From: Gemmatimonadota bacterium
GTDB taxonomy: Bacteria; Gemmatimonadota; Gemmatimonadetes; Palauibacterales; Palauibacteraceae
Direction: 5' to 3'
Length of the DNA: 64,000 nt
NCBI GenBank assembly: GCA_965116475.1
Contig: OZ220691.1
Coordinates: forward strand, 3,488,001 to 3,552,000
In this document: positions 31,449 to 42,730 of the stretch, piece after piece
Layout of the letters: each line of letters begins with the position of its first letter
Numbering within the stretch: position 1 is the stretch's first letter
Notes under the pieces: generated by a model
What the model saw: the letters and a program-made list of their open reading frames with translations, nothing else
What the model was told of the DNA's origin: nothing
Databases searched by the model: none
Translations under genes and position numbers: made by a program

Positions 31449-31554
31449 ACCCGCGGCGGCGACGTTGCCTCCGCCCGGTCAGGCGGCCACTATCCTGACC
31501 GCTACGCCTCCTGCGGTGCTCCGCCGCGAACCTCGAAGTGGGAGAATCAGCCTC

Positions 31555-32697
31555 GTGAAGGGGATACAACCGTTTTCCTCCGAATCCGTGACCGAGGGAC
31601 ACCCCGACAAGGTCGCGGACCAGATATCGGACGCGGTCCTCGACTGCATCCTCGCGAAGGACGACCGGGGCCGCGTCGCGTGCGAGACGCTCGTGACGAC
31701 CGGCCTCGTTCTTGTGACCGGCGAGATCACCACGGCCGCCGGGATCGACATCGCCGCCATCGCCCGGGAAGTGCTGCGCGACATCGGCTACACGCGCGCG
31801 GAGCACGGAATCCGGTGGGACACGTGCAGCGTGCTCACCGCGATCGACGAGCAGTCGGCGAACATCGCCCAGGGCGTGGATGTCGGCGGCGCCGGAGATC
31901 AGGGGATGATGTTCGGATACGCGACCGATGAGACGCCGGAGTTGATGCCCCTTCCCATCATGCTGGCGCACGCGCTGTCGAAGCGCCTGGCCGACGTGCG
32001 GAGATCGGGAGGCATCGGGTGGCTGCGGCCGGACGGGAAGGCACAGGTGTCGGTCGAATACCGGGACGGGGAACCGGCGAGGATCACCACGGTGGTCGTC
32101 TCGGCCCAGCACGACGGCGACGTCGCGCAGGAAGAAATCGAGGCGGCGATCCGGGAGGAAGTCATCGGGCCCGTCCTGCCGGACGACCTTTACGACGAAG
32201 ACGGGGCGCAGTGCCACATCAACCCGACGGGCCGGTTCGAGATCGGCGGGCCACAGGGCGATGCCGGCCTCACCGGGCGGAAGATCATCGTGGACACATA
32301 CGGCGGCGTGGGCCGGCACGGCGGCGGCGCCTTTTCGGGGAAGGACCCGTCGAAGGTCGACCGCTCGGCGGCGTATGCGGCCCGCTGGATCGCCAAGAAC
32401 CTCGTCGCGGCGGAACTCGCGCGCCGCGCCGAAGTCCAGCTCGCCTACGCCATCGGCGTCGAGGAGCCGGTCAGTGTGATGGTCGACACCTTCGGCACGG
32501 GACGCCGGCCGGACGACGAACTCGCACGGCGGGTGACGGAGGTTTTCGACCTGCGGCCGCGAGCCATCATGGAGCGGCTCGGACTCCGGAAGCCGATCTA
32601 CCGCCGGACCGCCGCCTACGGACACTTCGGTCGCGAGCCGGAGGGCGACGCGTTCACGTGGGAGAGAACCGATCGGACCGATGCCCTCGCCGGCTAG
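31555..32697 (+). CDS. metK: S-adenosylmethionine synthetase
   Basis: [26 protein letters not shown]. Confidence 0.97.
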   Translation: MKGIQPFSSESVTEGHPDKVADQISDAVLDCILAKDDRGRVACETLVTTGLVLVTGEITTAAGIDIAAIAREVLRDIGYTRAEHGIRWDTCSVLTAIDEQSANIAQGVDVGGAGDQGMMFGYATDETPELMPLPIMLAHALSKRLADVRRSGGIGWLRPDGKAQVSVEYRDGEPARITTVVVSAQHDGDVAQEEIEAAIREEVIGPVLPDDLYDEDGAQCHINPTGRFEIGGPQGDAGLTGRKIIVDTYGGVGRHGGGAFSGKDPSKVDRSAAYAARWIAKNLVAAELARRAEVQLAYAIGVEEPVSVMVDTFGTGRRPDDELARRVTEVFDLRPRAIMERLGLRKPIYRRTAAYGHFGREPEGDAFTWERTDRTDALAG

Positions 32698-32715
32698 CCA
32701 GCGGAGGGGGGTGGA

Positions 32716-33255
32716 ATGACGGAGTCCGGGATGCGGGAGGTCGCCGTGGCCAGCCTCGGACTCGACAAGACGACGGGCGCCCCCGTCGTCATTCTCAGGG
32801 AGAAGGACGGTGAGCGCTTCCTCCCGATCTGGATCGGACCCGGCGAGGCCTCGGCCATCGCGATGGAACTCGCCGGAGTCCAGTTCACGCGCCCCCTCAC
32901 GCACGATCTCTTCAACGCCGTGGTGCGCGGGCTTGACAGCACCTTCGTCCGCGTACTCATCACGAAGGTCGTCGACAACACCTACTACGCGTCGCTCGTA
33001 TTCCGGCGAGAGGACGAGTTCATCTCCATCGACGCCCGTCCCAGCGACAGCATCGCGCTGGCGCTTCGCGCCGGGGTCCCGATTCATGCGGCGGAGAGTC
33101 TCCTCGAAGCGAGCGCGTTCGAGATCGAGGAGACCGGAGTGGCCGAGGGAGAGGCGCCGTCTCCCGGGGCCGGGCCATCCCGAGCCCCGGAGGAGCCGCT
33201 GAGCGACTACCTCAAGGGGTTGGATCCTGAGGACTTCGGCCGTTTCGAGCCCTGA
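32716..33255 (+). CDS. bifunctional nuclease (DUF151) family protein
   Basis: LPIWIG..EA..I, RPLTHDL, DARPSDSIALAL. Confidence 0.9.
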   Translation: MTESGMREVAVASLGLDKTTGAPVVILREKDGERFLPIWIGPGEASAIAMELAGVQFTRPLTHDLFNAVVRGLDSTFVRVLITKVVDNTYYASLVFRREDEFISIDARPSDSIALALRAGVPIHAAESLLEASAFEIEETGVAEGEAPSPGAGPSRAPEEPLSDYLKGLDPEDFGRFEP

Positions 33256-33509
33256 AGGGCGCGGCCTGCCGGAACGCCGTTTCCCGCGTGTCGCCGGGAG
33301 CCGACGAGCGGCGCTTCGTCGCCAATAGTGGCCCTCCAAACGTTATTCTGAGGGAAGCTCGGTGACCCGGACGGCCGGTGCGGCGTCCGCTTGCCGTTCA
33401 CGACCCGCGAGCGGACCTTGCCGGGAAGCACCCAACCGCCGCGATACGGCCGGCTCCCGGTCGGCGATCGGTCGCGGGCCGCACAGGCTGGGCATCAGAG
33501 GAGCGGATC

Positions 33510-34646
33510 ATGCGGAGACGTAGCCGGATACAGATTGGCACCCTGGCGGTCCTCGCCGGGTGTGGCGGCTCGAACGGGACGGGCCCGGATGAGCCCGACA
33601 TCGTAACCCCCGAGCGGTCGGAGTTCGCCGTGCTCAACTCCATCTCGGGGACCCTGCAGCAGTTCAACAGGATCGGTGGCGAGATCGTCCCCTTCGGGCC
33701 TGACATCCAGATGGGGGCGGGGTTCACGGGCCGGACCGCGGATTTCATTCAGGATCTGTGGGTGACGGCGTGGGACACTCCGGAGGGGAGCAACGTCCTC
33801 TTCGGGTCATTCTCGACCGACGAACGGACGACGGCCGCGTTTCCGAACAACGCCATCGTGGACCCGGGCAAACCCACCGTGATCTTCGATGCGGGCGGCA
33901 CCGTCGGGGCGCTCATCCCCGCCCGGGCACTGGATGCGGTGTACGTGGCCTTCCCCGGCACTCCGATGGCGCAGATTGCGGTCGAGGCGGTGGGCACCTT
34001 CGTGGAGAGGGTGATCCCGGCGGGGCAGTTCCTGGTCTCCGTCGACGGCAACCTCGACGACGAGGACGGCGGAAGGGAGCCCCTCGGCCCGCCCCGCATC
34101 GTCCTCCACGAGTTCATCAGCGGCAGCTACTTCGATGAGTTGAGGCTTCCGGAAGGCACCGTCGGGGTCACCGAGGCCGTCGTGCTCGAAGACAACATGC
34201 TCCTGCTGGCCGGCGGCGGGGTCGATCCGCTGACCTCCGCCCCGCAGGGGGACGGGAATCTCGTCGAGATCGACATGTCGGCCCGGAGCGTGCAGGACGT
34301 GAACGCCCTCGGCGGAAACGGAATCTCCATGGAAGCCGGGCGCGACGGGCTCGTCTACGTCGTGCGAACGAAGCACGTCGAAGCGGCGGAGACGGACGTG
34401 CTGACGTTCAGTTTTGCGGTTCGGTCATGGGTGAACGGGCCGGAAAACCCGATCCAGCCGCGCGACCGCGACGGCTCGAATCTCAGCTGCCGGGTCGCGG
34501 CCGGATTCCTGGACGGCCAGATCCTCTGCGCCACCTACGTGGCCGCGGGCCAGGGACGCCTCGTTCTCCTCTCGGCCGAGGGCGAGTTCATCGACGAGGC
34601 GCCGATCGGGGCGGGAACGACCGATATTCTGCTTCGACCCGGCTGA
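33510..34646 (+). CDS. hypothetical lipoprotein, probably beta-rich
   Basis: GAGGAG RBS; MRRRSR + hydrophobic stretch + LAGC lipobox. Confidence 0.7.
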   Translation: MRRRSRIQIGTLAVLAGCGGSNGTGPDEPDIVTPERSEFAVLNSISGTLQQFNRIGGEIVPFGPDIQMGAGFTGRTADFIQDLWVTAWDTPEGSNVLFGSFSTDERTTAAFPNNAIVDPGKPTVIFDAGGTVGALIPARALDAVYVAFPGTPMAQIAVEAVGTFVERVIPAGQFLVSVDGNLDDEDGGREPLGPPRIVLHEFISGSYFDELRLPEGTVGVTEAVVLEDNMLLLAGGGVDPLTSAPQGDGNLVEIDMSARSVQDVNALGGNGISMEAGRDGLVYVVRTKHVEAAETDVLTFSFAVRSWVNGPENPIQPRDRDGSNLSCRVAAGFLDGQILCATYVAAGQGRLVLLSAEGEFIDEAPIGAGTTDILLRPG

Positions 34647-34718
34647 CCGCGTCCGGGCGAGCGCCTCGCAGCTCTCGGCGCCGACGCGGGGTCTTGTCAC
34701 GGACTGCCAGGAGGCCGA

Positions 34719-35450
34719 GTGGGACTCGTAACGACGCGGGCGGTGGTCCTCCAGACGTACAGGTATAGCGAAACCAGCAAGATCCTGCGGCTGATGACGT
34801 GGGAAGTCGGCCCCTGTTCCGCGCTCGCCCGCGGGGCGCTGCGCCCTCGAAGCCGTTTCGGAGGCCTGCTGGAACCCTTCGTGGAAGGGGAGGCGACGTT
34901 CTACAGCCGGCAGGGACGCGATCTGCATACCCTCTCCAACTTCGAACTCCTCCGCGACCGGAGAGGACTCGACCGCTCGATCGAACTCTTCACGATCGCA
35001 TCCGTCCTCTGCGAGCTCGTCATGCGCCTCGCCCCGGAGCACCGCGACGCGGAACTGTACCGAACGCTGACGGAGGGTCTCGACGGACTCCATGGCCGGG
35101 TCCGGAAGGGGGCGGCGACCGGCGGGCTCGAGTACGTCTGGGGTGTGGTCAACGCCCTCGGCTTCCGCCCCGAGATCGAACATTGCGTCGGCTGCCGGAA
35201 TCCCATCGGGGCAGCGGGCGTGCGCTTCGACTTCGAGGCCGGCGGGCTTCGCTGCGGCTCGTGCGGGTCGGTCGGGCCGGGACTCGATCCCGCGGAGCTC
35301 GATGCCCTGCGGCGTCTGGTATCCGGCGGGCCGGCGGAACGGAGCCGCGCCAACGGTCGCCAGGGGCGCTGGGTGGCCGAGTTCATCCGGCACCACGTGG
35401 CCGAGGGGGCACAATTGAAGTCCCTGCCATTCCTCAGTCGGCTGGGCTGA
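34719..35450 (+). CDS. recO: DNA repair protein RecO
   Basis: YSETSKI, ARGA.RPRSRFGGLLEPF, CxxC...CxxC. Confidence 0.92.
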   Translation: MGLVTTRAVVLQTYRYSETSKILRLMTWEVGPCSALARGALRPRSRFGGLLEPFVEGEATFYSRQGRDLHTLSNFELLRDRRGLDRSIELFTIASVLCELVMRLAPEHRDAELYRTLTEGLDGLHGRVRKGAATGGLEYVWGVVNALGFRPEIEHCVGCRNPIGAAGVRFDFEAGGLRCGSCGSVGPGLDPAELDALRRLVSGGPAERSRANGRQGRWVAEFIRHHVAEGAQLKSLPFLSRLG

Positions 35451-35480
35451 GCGCCCCGTGAACCGACCGGTGAGCGCACC

Positions 35481-37403
35481 GTGAGCGAGGGCGCAAAGGA
35501 GGGCGTGAGCGAACGGCGCGGGATCGTGATCGGCACGGCCGGCCATGTGGATCACGGCAAGACCGCCCTCGTGCGGGCGCTGACGGGGATCGAGACGGAC
35601 CGCTGGCTGGAGGAGCGGAAGCGGGGACTGACGATCGACCTGGGCTTCGCGCGGCTCGACCTCGATCCCGGCCTGGAGACGGGGATCGTCGACGTCCCGG
35701 GGCATGAGGACTTCCTCAAGAACATGCTCGCCGGCGCCACGGGCATCGACGCCCTCCTCCTCGTCGTGGCGGCGGACGAAGGGCCGATGCCGCAGACGCA
35801 CGAACACCTTGCGATCGCGCGTCTCTTGAACATCCGGCGCGGGGTCGTCGCGCTTACGAAGCGCGACCGGGTGGATGAGGACTGGCTCGAGCTCGCGAGC
35901 GAGACGACCCGGGAAGTGCTGGATGAGGATCCCGCGCGGGCGTCATGGGAGATCGTGCCGGTCTCCGCCCTGACGGGCGACGGGATCGAGCCCCTGCGGG
36001 CCGCGCTGCGCAGATCGACGGCGGGGATCCGCGCGCGCCACGTCGATGACCGTTTTCGCCTCCCGGTCGACCGTTCGTTCTCGATCCGCGGTACCGGTAC
36101 CGTGGTGACCGGCACTGTGTGGAGCGGCGCCGTCCGCGTGGGCGACACCGTGAACGTTTTTCCCGGGGGTGACTCGGCCCGCGTGCGCGCGCTCCAGGTG
36201 CACGAAGACCCTCGTCGGCGCGTCACCGCCGGCCGCCGGTGCGCCGTCGCACTCGTCGGCGTCACGCCGGTCGCGGTGGAGCGGGGCAGCGTGCTCGTGG
36301 ACCCGTCCGAGTGGACGCCGAGCGAGCGTCTCGGCGTCCGGGTACGGGCGCTCGGGAGTCGCGACCGGCCTCTCCACCATGGACAGCGTCTCAGGGTCTA
36401 CCTGGGCACTCGTGAAGTCATGGCCCGGCTCCAAACGGTTGATCGCCGGCCCGTCGCACCCGGGGCGACTGCCTGGGCCGTGCTTGCCCTCGAGGCGCCG
36501 CTCCTCGCGCGGACCCGCGACCGGGCCATCCTCCGCTTCTACTCGCCGGTGACGACGATCGGCGGGATACGCGTGGCGGAACCGAACCCGCCGCCCGACT
36601 GGTCGGCGCGGACGGAAGCCTGGCGGCGGATTCTCGATGGCGCCCCGGCCGAGGCGGTCGGCGCGGCCGTAGCGCTGGAGGGCCTGCGCGGGCTCCCCGT
36701 CGCGACATCATCGATCCGCCTCGGATGGCGAGCTCCCACGCTCGAGACGGCCGCCGAGGAGGCCGGCTGCGTGCGCATCGGCGAGCGCTGGTTCGCCGCC
36801 GATGCGGTGGCGGAGGCCATGGAGGTCGTGGAGGAAAGCATGGCCCGCCTCCACGCCGCGGACCGCCGTGCCCCCGGCGTTTCGAAGGAGGCCGTGCGCT
36901 CGGCGATGGCGCCGGTCTGCGATCTCGCACTGGCGGAGACCGCCCTCCGCCGACTCCTCGCGGATCGTCGCCTCCTCGAGCGCGGCCCGCAGCTCGCGCT
37001 TCCGGGCCATGGGCCCCGCCTCACTCCGCGCGAGGAAGAGGGGCGCCGGCTACTCGCCGGGACGATCGAAGCCGCCGGGCTGCAGCCGCCGCTCGTCACG
37101 GAACTGGGGAAGACGGTGCACCTGGACCGTGCCGTGCTCGATGACCTTCTCCGGCTGCTGCAGGAATCCGGCATGACGAAGGCCGTGACGCCCGAACTGC
37201 ACGTCGCCGCCGGGGCTCTGGAGGCGATGGAGGCGCGGGTGCGAGAGCTGCTCGCCGATGGCGCGCCGGCCCCTCCCGCGCGGTTCAAGGAAGCGTTCGG
37301 GCTCTCCCGGAAGTACCTGATTCCGCTCCTCGAATACCTGGACCGGGAAGGCGTGACCCGTCGAACCGCGGAAGGGAGAGTTCTCGCCCGCCCGCCCGGC
37401 TGA
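35481..37403 (+). CDS. selB: selenocysteine-specific elongation factor (start may be GTG 35505)
   Basis: [31 protein letters not shown]-terminal [14 protein letters not shown] winged helix. Confidence 0.95.
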   Translation: MSEGAKEGVSERRGIVIGTAGHVDHGKTALVRALTGIETDRWLEERKRGLTIDLGFARLDLDPGLETGIVDVPGHEDFLKNMLAGATGIDALLLVVAADEGPMPQTHEHLAIARLLNIRRGVVALTKRDRVDEDWLELASETTREVLDEDPARASWEIVPVSALTGDGIEPLRAALRRSTAGIRARHVDDRFRLPVDRSFSIRGTGTVVTGTVWSGAVRVGDTVNVFPGGDSARVRALQVHEDPRRRVTAGRRCAVALVGVTPVAVERGSVLVDPSEWTPSERLGVRVRALGSRDRPLHHGQRLRVYLGTREVMARLQTVDRRPVAPGATAWAVLALEAPLLARTRDRAILRFYSPVTTIGGIRVAEPNPPPDWSARTEAWRRILDGAPAEAVGAAVALEGLRGLPVATSSIRLGWRAPTLETAAEEAGCVRIGERWFAADAVAEAMEVVEESMARLHAADRRAPGVSKEAVRSAMAPVCDLALAETALRRLLADRRLLERGPQLALPGHGPRLTPREEEGRRLLAGTIEAAGLQPPLVTELGKTVHLDRAVLDDLLRLLQESGMTKAVTPELHVAAGALEAMEARVRELLADGAPAPPARFKEAFGLSRKYLIPLLEYLDREGVTRRTAEGRVLARPPG

Positions 37404-37426
37404 GCCGGACGCGGCTCAATCCGGGG

Positions 37427-37783
37427 TCAGCCGACGTGGTAGAGGAAACAGCCGCAGTACTCGCACGATTCGACGCGGAGATTCCGATCCGCCTCGGAGG
37501 CGCGGGCCGTGGACACCGCTACGAAGCAGCCGTAGCAGATGCCGTTGATGACCGGCGCGACGACGCGCGGCGCCTTGTCCGCGATGCGGCGATAGCGCTC
37601 CCGGATACCCCGCGTCAGCCGCTCCGCGAGTTCCTCGACCTTCTCGTCGAGCGATCGGATCGCGTCCTCGATCTTGATGTCGAAGACCTCCGCCTCGAGG
37701 TCCGTCAGCGTTCCATCCGTGAGACCCCGACGCTGCATTCGCAGGTCCTGGATCTCAAGCAGCAGTTCGAGTTGCTGGTCCAC
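37427..37783 (-). CDS. C4-type zinc-ribbon domain protein
   Basis: Coiled coil followed by CYGC...CEYCGCFLY; GTG overlaps the upstream stop. Confidence 0.8.
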   Translation of the reverse strand: MDQQLELLLEIQDLRMQRRGLTDGTLTDLEAEVFDIKIEDAIRSLDEKVEELAERLTRGIRERYRRIADKAPRVVAPVINGICYGCFVAVSTARASEADRNLRVESCEYCGCFLYHVG

Positions 37784-38235
37784 TAGAGATCCTTCGCGTC
37801 GAGCAACTCGATGAACTCTTCGGGGCTCGATATGCGGGCAAGCCGTTCCGGCACGTCGGCCTCCTTGCCGAACTGCGCGATCTTGCCGAGCACCGGGAGA
37901 TACTGATTCGAGACCTCCAGCGGCGGCGCGACGATGAGGAAGACGTACCGGACGGGTTTCTCGTCGATCGCCTTGAAGTCGAGACCCGAGAGCTTTCGGC
38001 CGAACGCGACCCTCAACCGGGTCACGACGAGCGAACGGCAGTGGGGGATCGCGATTCCGCGGCCGATCCCGGTCGAACCGAGATTCTCCCGCCGCTTCAA
38101 CATCTTGTAGAGGATTCCTTCGGACTTTCCGTCGAGGCCCATACACGACACGAGTTCCTTCAGGGCCTCATCCTTCGTCTCGGCCGCCAGGTCGAGTTTG
38201 ACGGCGGACGGGACGAACAATTCGCTGAGCTGCAC
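37783..38235 (-). CDS. ptsN: PTS EIIA, Ntr/fructose type
   Basis: RENLGSTGIGRGIAIPH. Confidence 0.88.
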   Translation of the reverse strand: MQLSELFVPSAVKLDLAAETKDEALKELVSCMGLDGKSEGILYKMLKRRENLGSTGIGRGIAIPHCRSLVVTRLRVAFGRKLSGLDFKAIDEKPVRYVFLIVAPPLEVSNQYLPVLGKIAQFGKEADVPERLARISSPEEFIELLDAKDL

Positions 38236-38427
38236 TTGGATCTATATCTCCTCCCCGCGAGCGCGGGGCGCATATCGAATCAACGGGAACCGGCGCCGCC
38301 GGACCCGGCAAACTCCGAGTATACCCGTGCCGGTTTCCGGCTGTCAAAGAACCTCCGGGGACGCTCCCGGAACTTGCGTTGCACGCCGGGATAAACGACC
38401 GTGTGGGGTTAGCCTTTGCGAGTATCA

Positions 38428-38795
38428 GGGGGCGACACGGCTTCGACGCGTGAACCGGAAGCCGCGGAAGCGTGCCGAGGTGCCCGGGGCCTCGTTAAAC
38501 ACCGGGAAACCTTTAGGTGCCAACGACGGTTTGGCTCTGGCTGCGTAAAACCACGTAGCCCGTCCCCGAGAGGTCCGGGCCCGAGGACCTCCCGACGGAC
38601 GTCGATGAATCGGGCTGGTCACCCCGGCGTGCCGTGAGCCGCGGGTGACGAGAGCACGGCGAGAGCCGCGCGCACGGCTGGTTTCGCAAGGGTTTGTTCG
38701 TGAACCCTCGCGGGACGAGACCTGATCACGGACTACGCACGTAGATGCCGTGGCGGATGGGCTCGCGGACGCGGGTTCGATTCCCGCCGCCTCCA
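38428..38795 (+). ncRNA. ssrA: tmRNA, tag peptide (A)ANDGLALAA* at 38519-38548
   Basis: 5' GGGGGCG pairs with 3' CGCCTCC-A including G3.U; T-arm GCGGG-TTCGATT-CCCGC; tag ends in ALAA; CCA not fully encoded. Confidence 0.95.
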
Positions 38796-38823
38796 CTATT
38801 GCCATGAGTGCAGTGCTCCGCCC

Positions 38824-38861
38824 GGGGCGCCTCCCTTTCCGGGAGCGCCTCGGCTTTTTTT
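38824..38861 (+). terminator. intrinsic terminator after ssrA
   Basis: GC-rich imperfect hairpin followed by a T7 tract. Confidence 0.65.
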
Positions 38862-38896
38862 GCGGCCGGCCCGTCAACGGGTCGAGGAGGTTCCGG

Positions 38897-39364
38897 ATGA
38901 TCGAAGAACTGCAGCGCAAGATCGGGGACGAAGCGGAGACGCTCCTCCACGAGCTGAACGTCATCCTTCCGAAAGAGATCGAGAAGGCCGTCGCCCAGGG
39001 CGATTTGCGGGAGAACTCCGAATACACCGCCGCCCTGGAGCGGCAGGGCTTCGTGCGGGCGCGGCTCGACTACCTGGCGCGCCGAATGTCGCAACTCGGC
39101 GAACTCGATATCGATAACATCCCGACGGACCGGGTCGGGTTCGGTTCGCGGGTCGCGGTGCGCGACCTCGAGGACGACGAGGTCGAATCCTTCAACCTCA
39201 CGATCGGCGACGACGTCGACATTGAAAACAACGACATCTCGATGGAATCGCCCATCGGCCGCGCACTCCTGGGCAGGAGGAAGGGCGAATTCGTGAGCGT
39301 GAGGCTCCCCGCCGGCGCTCGCGAGTTTGAGGTCGTCGATTTCGAGACGCTGCACGACCTCTAG
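38897..39364 (+). CDS. greA: GreA/GreB transcription elongation factor
   Basis: GDLRENSEY, ISMESPIGRALLG; GAGGAGG RBS. Confidence 0.88.
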   Translation: MIEELQRKIGDEAETLLHELNVILPKEIEKAVAQGDLRENSEYTAALERQGFVRARLDYLARRMSQLGELDIDNIPTDRVGFGSRVAVRDLEDDEVESFNLTIGDDVDIENNDISMESPIGRALLGRRKGEFVSVRLPAGAREFEVVDFETLHDL

Positions 39365-39394
39365 CAGTCCGTCGCTCCGGGCCGGGCGCCGGTC

Positions 39395-40375
39395 CTAGAA
39401 GACCCGGATCGGCGGGATGAACCTGCCCGGGTCGGCCCGCACCTCGGCGAGGAACACGTTCAGGTCCACCACGATCTTGAGGAACTCCTCGTATAGCGTC
39501 GCATCGGCGAGGAGTTGCCCGACCGCCCCTTCGCCGTTTTCGATGAGGCTCAGGATGGAGTTGGCCCGGGTCGCCGAGGAAGCGAGCGCGCGATACAGGG
39601 AGTCCGACGCCAGCAGACGCCCAAGCGTCCCTTCGCCCGCCGCCAGCGCCCCCGTCACCGTGTCGAGGCGGGCGGTGGAGGACACGAGGCCATCGTAAAA
39701 CTCCTCATCCACAAGCAGGCGGGCCAGCGAGCCTTCCCCGTCCGCGATCGGACCCAGGACGGCCGCGAGGTTCTCGTTGAGTTCGACGAGGCCGTCGTAG
39801 AGCGCTTCGTCGACGAGGAGGCGCCCAAGCGACCCCTCGCCGCTCGAGACGCGGGCCAGCGTTGCGGAAAGATCGTTCGAGAGCTGCGTGAGACCGAGGA
39901 CGGCGTCGGCCGCCTGCCCGAGGAGTTCGTCGTAGCTCAGCGCCGGCGCCGTTCCGATGGTGTCTCCGGGCACGAGGATGGCCGAATCGGGAGATCCCGG
40001 TTCGATGTCGATGAGACGGTCGCCGAGCAGTCCCTGCGTCCGCACGCGGGCTCTCGAGCCGCGCCGAACCTGCTCCCGGACCTCCACGTTGACCCCGAGC
40101 CAGACCGCGACGGCCGCTTCCGAGTCGCCGCGCTCCTCCGGCGCGATGAACTCCACGCGCTCGACCTGGCCGACGCCCCTCCCGGCCACCTGGACGGGGG
40201 CTCCGGGGCGGAGCCCGGAAGCGGACTCCATCAGCGCGACCAGCTGGTAGCGCTCGCCGAACACGTCCCCGATCCGGCCCACGAACAGCACGCACAACGC
40301 GAGCAGGACGAGGGAGACGATGAGGACGAACCCCACGCGCATCTGATCCCAGGTGATCGGCTCCGATCGTCGCAT
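39395..40375 (-). CDS. mlaD: MlaD/MCE family protein
   Basis: N-terminal TM, ASGLRPGAPVQVAG..VGQV, GLLGDRLIDIEPG, repeated GEGSLGRLL helices. Confidence 0.88.
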   Translation of the reverse strand: MRRSEPITWDQMRVGFVLIVSLVLLALCVLFVGRIGDVFGERYQLVALMESASGLRPGAPVQVAGRGVGQVERVEFIAPEERGDSEAAVAVWLGVNVEVREQVRRGSRARVRTQGLLGDRLIDIEPGSPDSAILVPGDTIGTAPALSYDELLGQAADAVLGLTQLSNDLSATLARVSSGEGSLGRLLVDEALYDGLVELNENLAAVLGPIADGEGSLARLLVDEEFYDGLVSSTARLDTVTGALAAGEGTLGRLLASDSLYRALASSATRANSILSLIENGEGAVGQLLADATLYEEFLKIVVDLNVFLAEVRADPGRFIPPIRVF

Positions 40376-40420
40376 CGTATCCCTGTGCCCCTTGTCTGAC
40401 TCCTCGGCGGCCCGTCGCGG

Positions 40421-41263
40421 TTAGCCGCGGAAGGCCCGAACATAACGGTCTTCCGTGGCATGCATCTCCTCGGGCGTTCCGCTGAAGATAATCTTCCCGT
40501 CCTTCAGGAGCGCGGTCTCGGTCGCGATTCTCGCCGCAGACCGCACATCATGGGTCACGACGACCACGCAGACGTGGAGTTCCCGCCGCAGCTTCAGGAT
40601 CAGTTCGTCGATCCTCCGCGTCGTGATCGGGTCGAGCCCGCTCGTCGGTTCGTCGAAGAGGAGGATGGGCGGCCGATGCACGATCGCCCGCGCGATGGCG
40701 ACGCGTTTGCGCATGCCTCCGGACAGTGCGGACGGGAGCAGCGGGAGGACCACGCCCGGGTCGAGGTCGACGAAGGACAGCACCTCCTCGACCCGCTCCC
40801 GGATTTCGTCGTCCGCCAGCTTCGTATGCTCGTAGAGCGGAAAGGCCACGTTGTCGAACACGTTCAGGGAATCGAACAGCGCCGAGCCCTGGAACACCAT
40901 CCCCATGCGTTCGCGCAGGGCCAGAGCCTCCGGCCGGGACACCGCGCTGATGTCGCGTCCTTCGATGAGGACCTCGCCGCGGTCGGGGAGGAGGAGCCGG
41001 AGCATGAGGCGCAGGATCGTCGACTTCCCGACCCCCGACCCGCCGAGGATGCAGAGGGTCCCGCCGCGCGCGACGCCGAGCGAAACGCCGCGCAGCACCT
41101 CGTGGTGTCCGAACGAGAGCCAAACGTCCCGAAGCTGGACGATGTCGGGCTGCCCGGACCCGCCTCCGTGGGTCTCGAGTTCGCGGCGAATCTCGTCGCG
41201 CAACTCCGCCTCGAAGGCCTCGCTTCCCGGCTCCGGCGCGCCGGCGGGCGTGCGGTCGCTCAT
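40421..41263 (-). CDS. mlaF: ABC transporter ATPase, MlaF/Mkl family
   Basis: GGSGVGKS, LSGGMRKR, FDEPTSGLDP, VVTHD. Confidence 0.9.
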   Translation of the reverse strand: MSDRTPAGAPEPGSEAFEAELRDEIRRELETHGGGSGQPDIVQLRDVWLSFGHHEVLRGVSLGVARGGTLCILGGSGVGKSTILRLMLRLLLPDRGEVLIEGRDISAVSRPEALALRERMGMVFQGSALFDSLNVFDNVAFPLYEHTKLADDEIRERVEEVLSFVDLDPGVVLPLLPSALSGGMRKRVAIARAIVHRPPILLFDEPTSGLDPITTRRIDELILKLRRELHVCVVVVTHDVRSAARIATETALLKDGKIIFSGTPEEMHATEDRYVRAFRG

Positions 41264-41276
41264 CTCGGATCCTCGC

Positions 41277-42047
41277 TCACCATTGGAACGTGGTCAGCAG
41301 GATCTGCGTGAGGAAGTAATCCATCGCGAGGATGAGGATGGACGAGGTCACCACGGCCCGTGTCGTCGCGCGCCCGACGCCCTCCGTGCCGCCCTCCGCC
41401 CTGAGACCGTGGAAGCAGCTCGTGAGCGCGATGATCCCGCCGAACGCGAAGGGCTTCGCCAGCCCCTGAATCAGGTCGATGGGGATGACCGTGAGCACGA
41501 AGCCGGTCTGCGCGAGGGTTTCCCACACGGAGTTGATATAAAGCTCGGCCGTGAAGTCCAGCGTCAGCACCGCGACGAGGAGCCCGCCCAGAATGGCGAT
41601 GGCATCGCCGATGATCGTGACGACGGGGAGCATCACGAGGGCGGCCAGGAAACGCGGCACCACGAGTTTCCGGATCGGATCCACGCCCATCGTGCGGAGC
41701 GCATCGACCTGCTCCGTAACCCGCATCGCGCCCAGAGCGGCCGCCATGCCGGCCCCCGCGCGGCCGGTGACGATGAGCGCTGTGAGGACGGGGCCGAGTT
41801 CGCGGATCGTACTGGCACCCACCAGGCGGCCGATGTAGACGGTCGCCCCGAAACGCTCCATCTCCACGGCGGCCTGGAGGGCGAGCACCATCCCCGTGAA
41901 GAGGCCCGTCAGCATGACGATGAAGATCGAAGCGACGCCGATCGTGTCCATCTGCTGCACGAGGTCGCCGCGGTAGAAGGGCCGGGACAAACAGGCCCTC
42001 GCCACGCGCACGAAAAGCCTGCAATAGGCCTCGACCGCGAAGGCCAT
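41277..42047 (-). CDS. mlaE: MlaE family permease (start uncertain)
   Basis: RELGPVLTAL..GR.G, MRVTEQVDAL, GVGRATTRAVV. Confidence 0.9.
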   Translation of the reverse strand: MAFAVEAYCRLFVRVARACLSRPFYRGDLVQQMDTIGVASIFIVMLTGLFTGMVLALQAAVEMERFGATVYIGRLVGASTIRELGPVLTALIVTGRAGAGMAAALGAMRVTEQVDALRTMGVDPIRKLVVPRFLAALVMLPVVTIIGDAIAILGGLLVAVLTLDFTAELYINSVWETLAQTGFVLTVIPIDLIQGLAKPFAFGGIIALTSCFHGLRAEGGTEGVGRATTRAVVTSSILILAMDYFLTQILLTTFQW

Positions 42048-42307
42048 GCGGAGTACGGCATCGCGGGCGAGTCTTGCGGCGGAACGGCGGGCCGAGCCGT
42101 CGGGCACGATCTTTGGCGCTCTCCGGGGGATCGAAGTATGTTCGCCCGACCGCCAGAACGCGTTCGAACGCAACGACTCGCCTCCAGCGATGAGGCGTAC
42201 GGGCGAGGTTACCGGCTCCCACCGATCCGATGCAAGGCAGCGGCGACCACGCCGCGTCCTGCCCGGTGGCGACGGCCGATCGCCCGCCCCCGAAAGGAGC
42301 CTCGAGC

Positions 42308-42697
42308 ATGCAGACCGGACCGGTCCACACCGACCATGCACCCGCCGCCGTCGGCCCCTACTCTCAGGGATACTGGGCCGGCGAGCTGTTCTACTCCGCA
42401 GGGCAGGTGGGACTGGTCCCGTCCACCGGCCAACTCGTCGGCCCCGATGTCGTCTCCCAGGCGGAGCGCGCGATGACGAACCTCGCGGCCGTGCTGGACG
42501 AGGCGGGGCTGACCTTCGGAGATGTCGTGAAGACGACGATCTTCCTCGCGGACATGGGCGATTTCGGCGCCGTGAACGAGGTCTACGCCCGCCACCTCGA
42601 GCCTCCGTATCCCGCGCGCTCGACGGTGGCCGTGGGCGCGCTGCCCCTGGGGGCCCGGGTCGAGATCGAGGTGATCGCGCGCGCGCCGTCGTCGTGA
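42308..42697 (+). CDS. RidA/YjgF family imine deaminase
   Basis: APAAVGPYSQ, VVKTTIFL, PARSTV, VEIE; AAGGAG RBS. Confidence 0.92.
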   Translation: MQTGPVHTDHAPAAVGPYSQGYWAGELFYSAGQVGLVPSTGQLVGPDVVSQAERAMTNLAAVLDEAGLTFGDVVKTTIFLADMGDFGAVNEVYARHLEPPYPARSTVAVGALPLGARVEIEVIARAPSS

Positions 42698-42730
42698 GAT
42701 CGACCGGAACAACGCACGATGCGGCTGACC

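Noticed and set aside
31449..31554. SAM riboswitch before metK (and FMN riboswitch before ribD)
   Set aside because: No recognisable consensus; ribD overlaps purM and has no leader.
35470..35512. Three GTGAGCG copies at the selB start
   Set aside because: Short and irregularly spaced; they only make the start codon ambiguous.
38780..38830. ssrA as the integration site of the element
   Set aside because: I found no second copy of the ssrA 3' end; the duplicated sequence is the tRNA-Sec 3' end.
38198..38896. ORFs 38198-38548, 38416-38637 and the 5' extension of the gre ORF from 38750
   Set aside because: They overlap tmRNA. Only the tag (38519-38548) is coding, and gre has a good RBS at ATG 38897.
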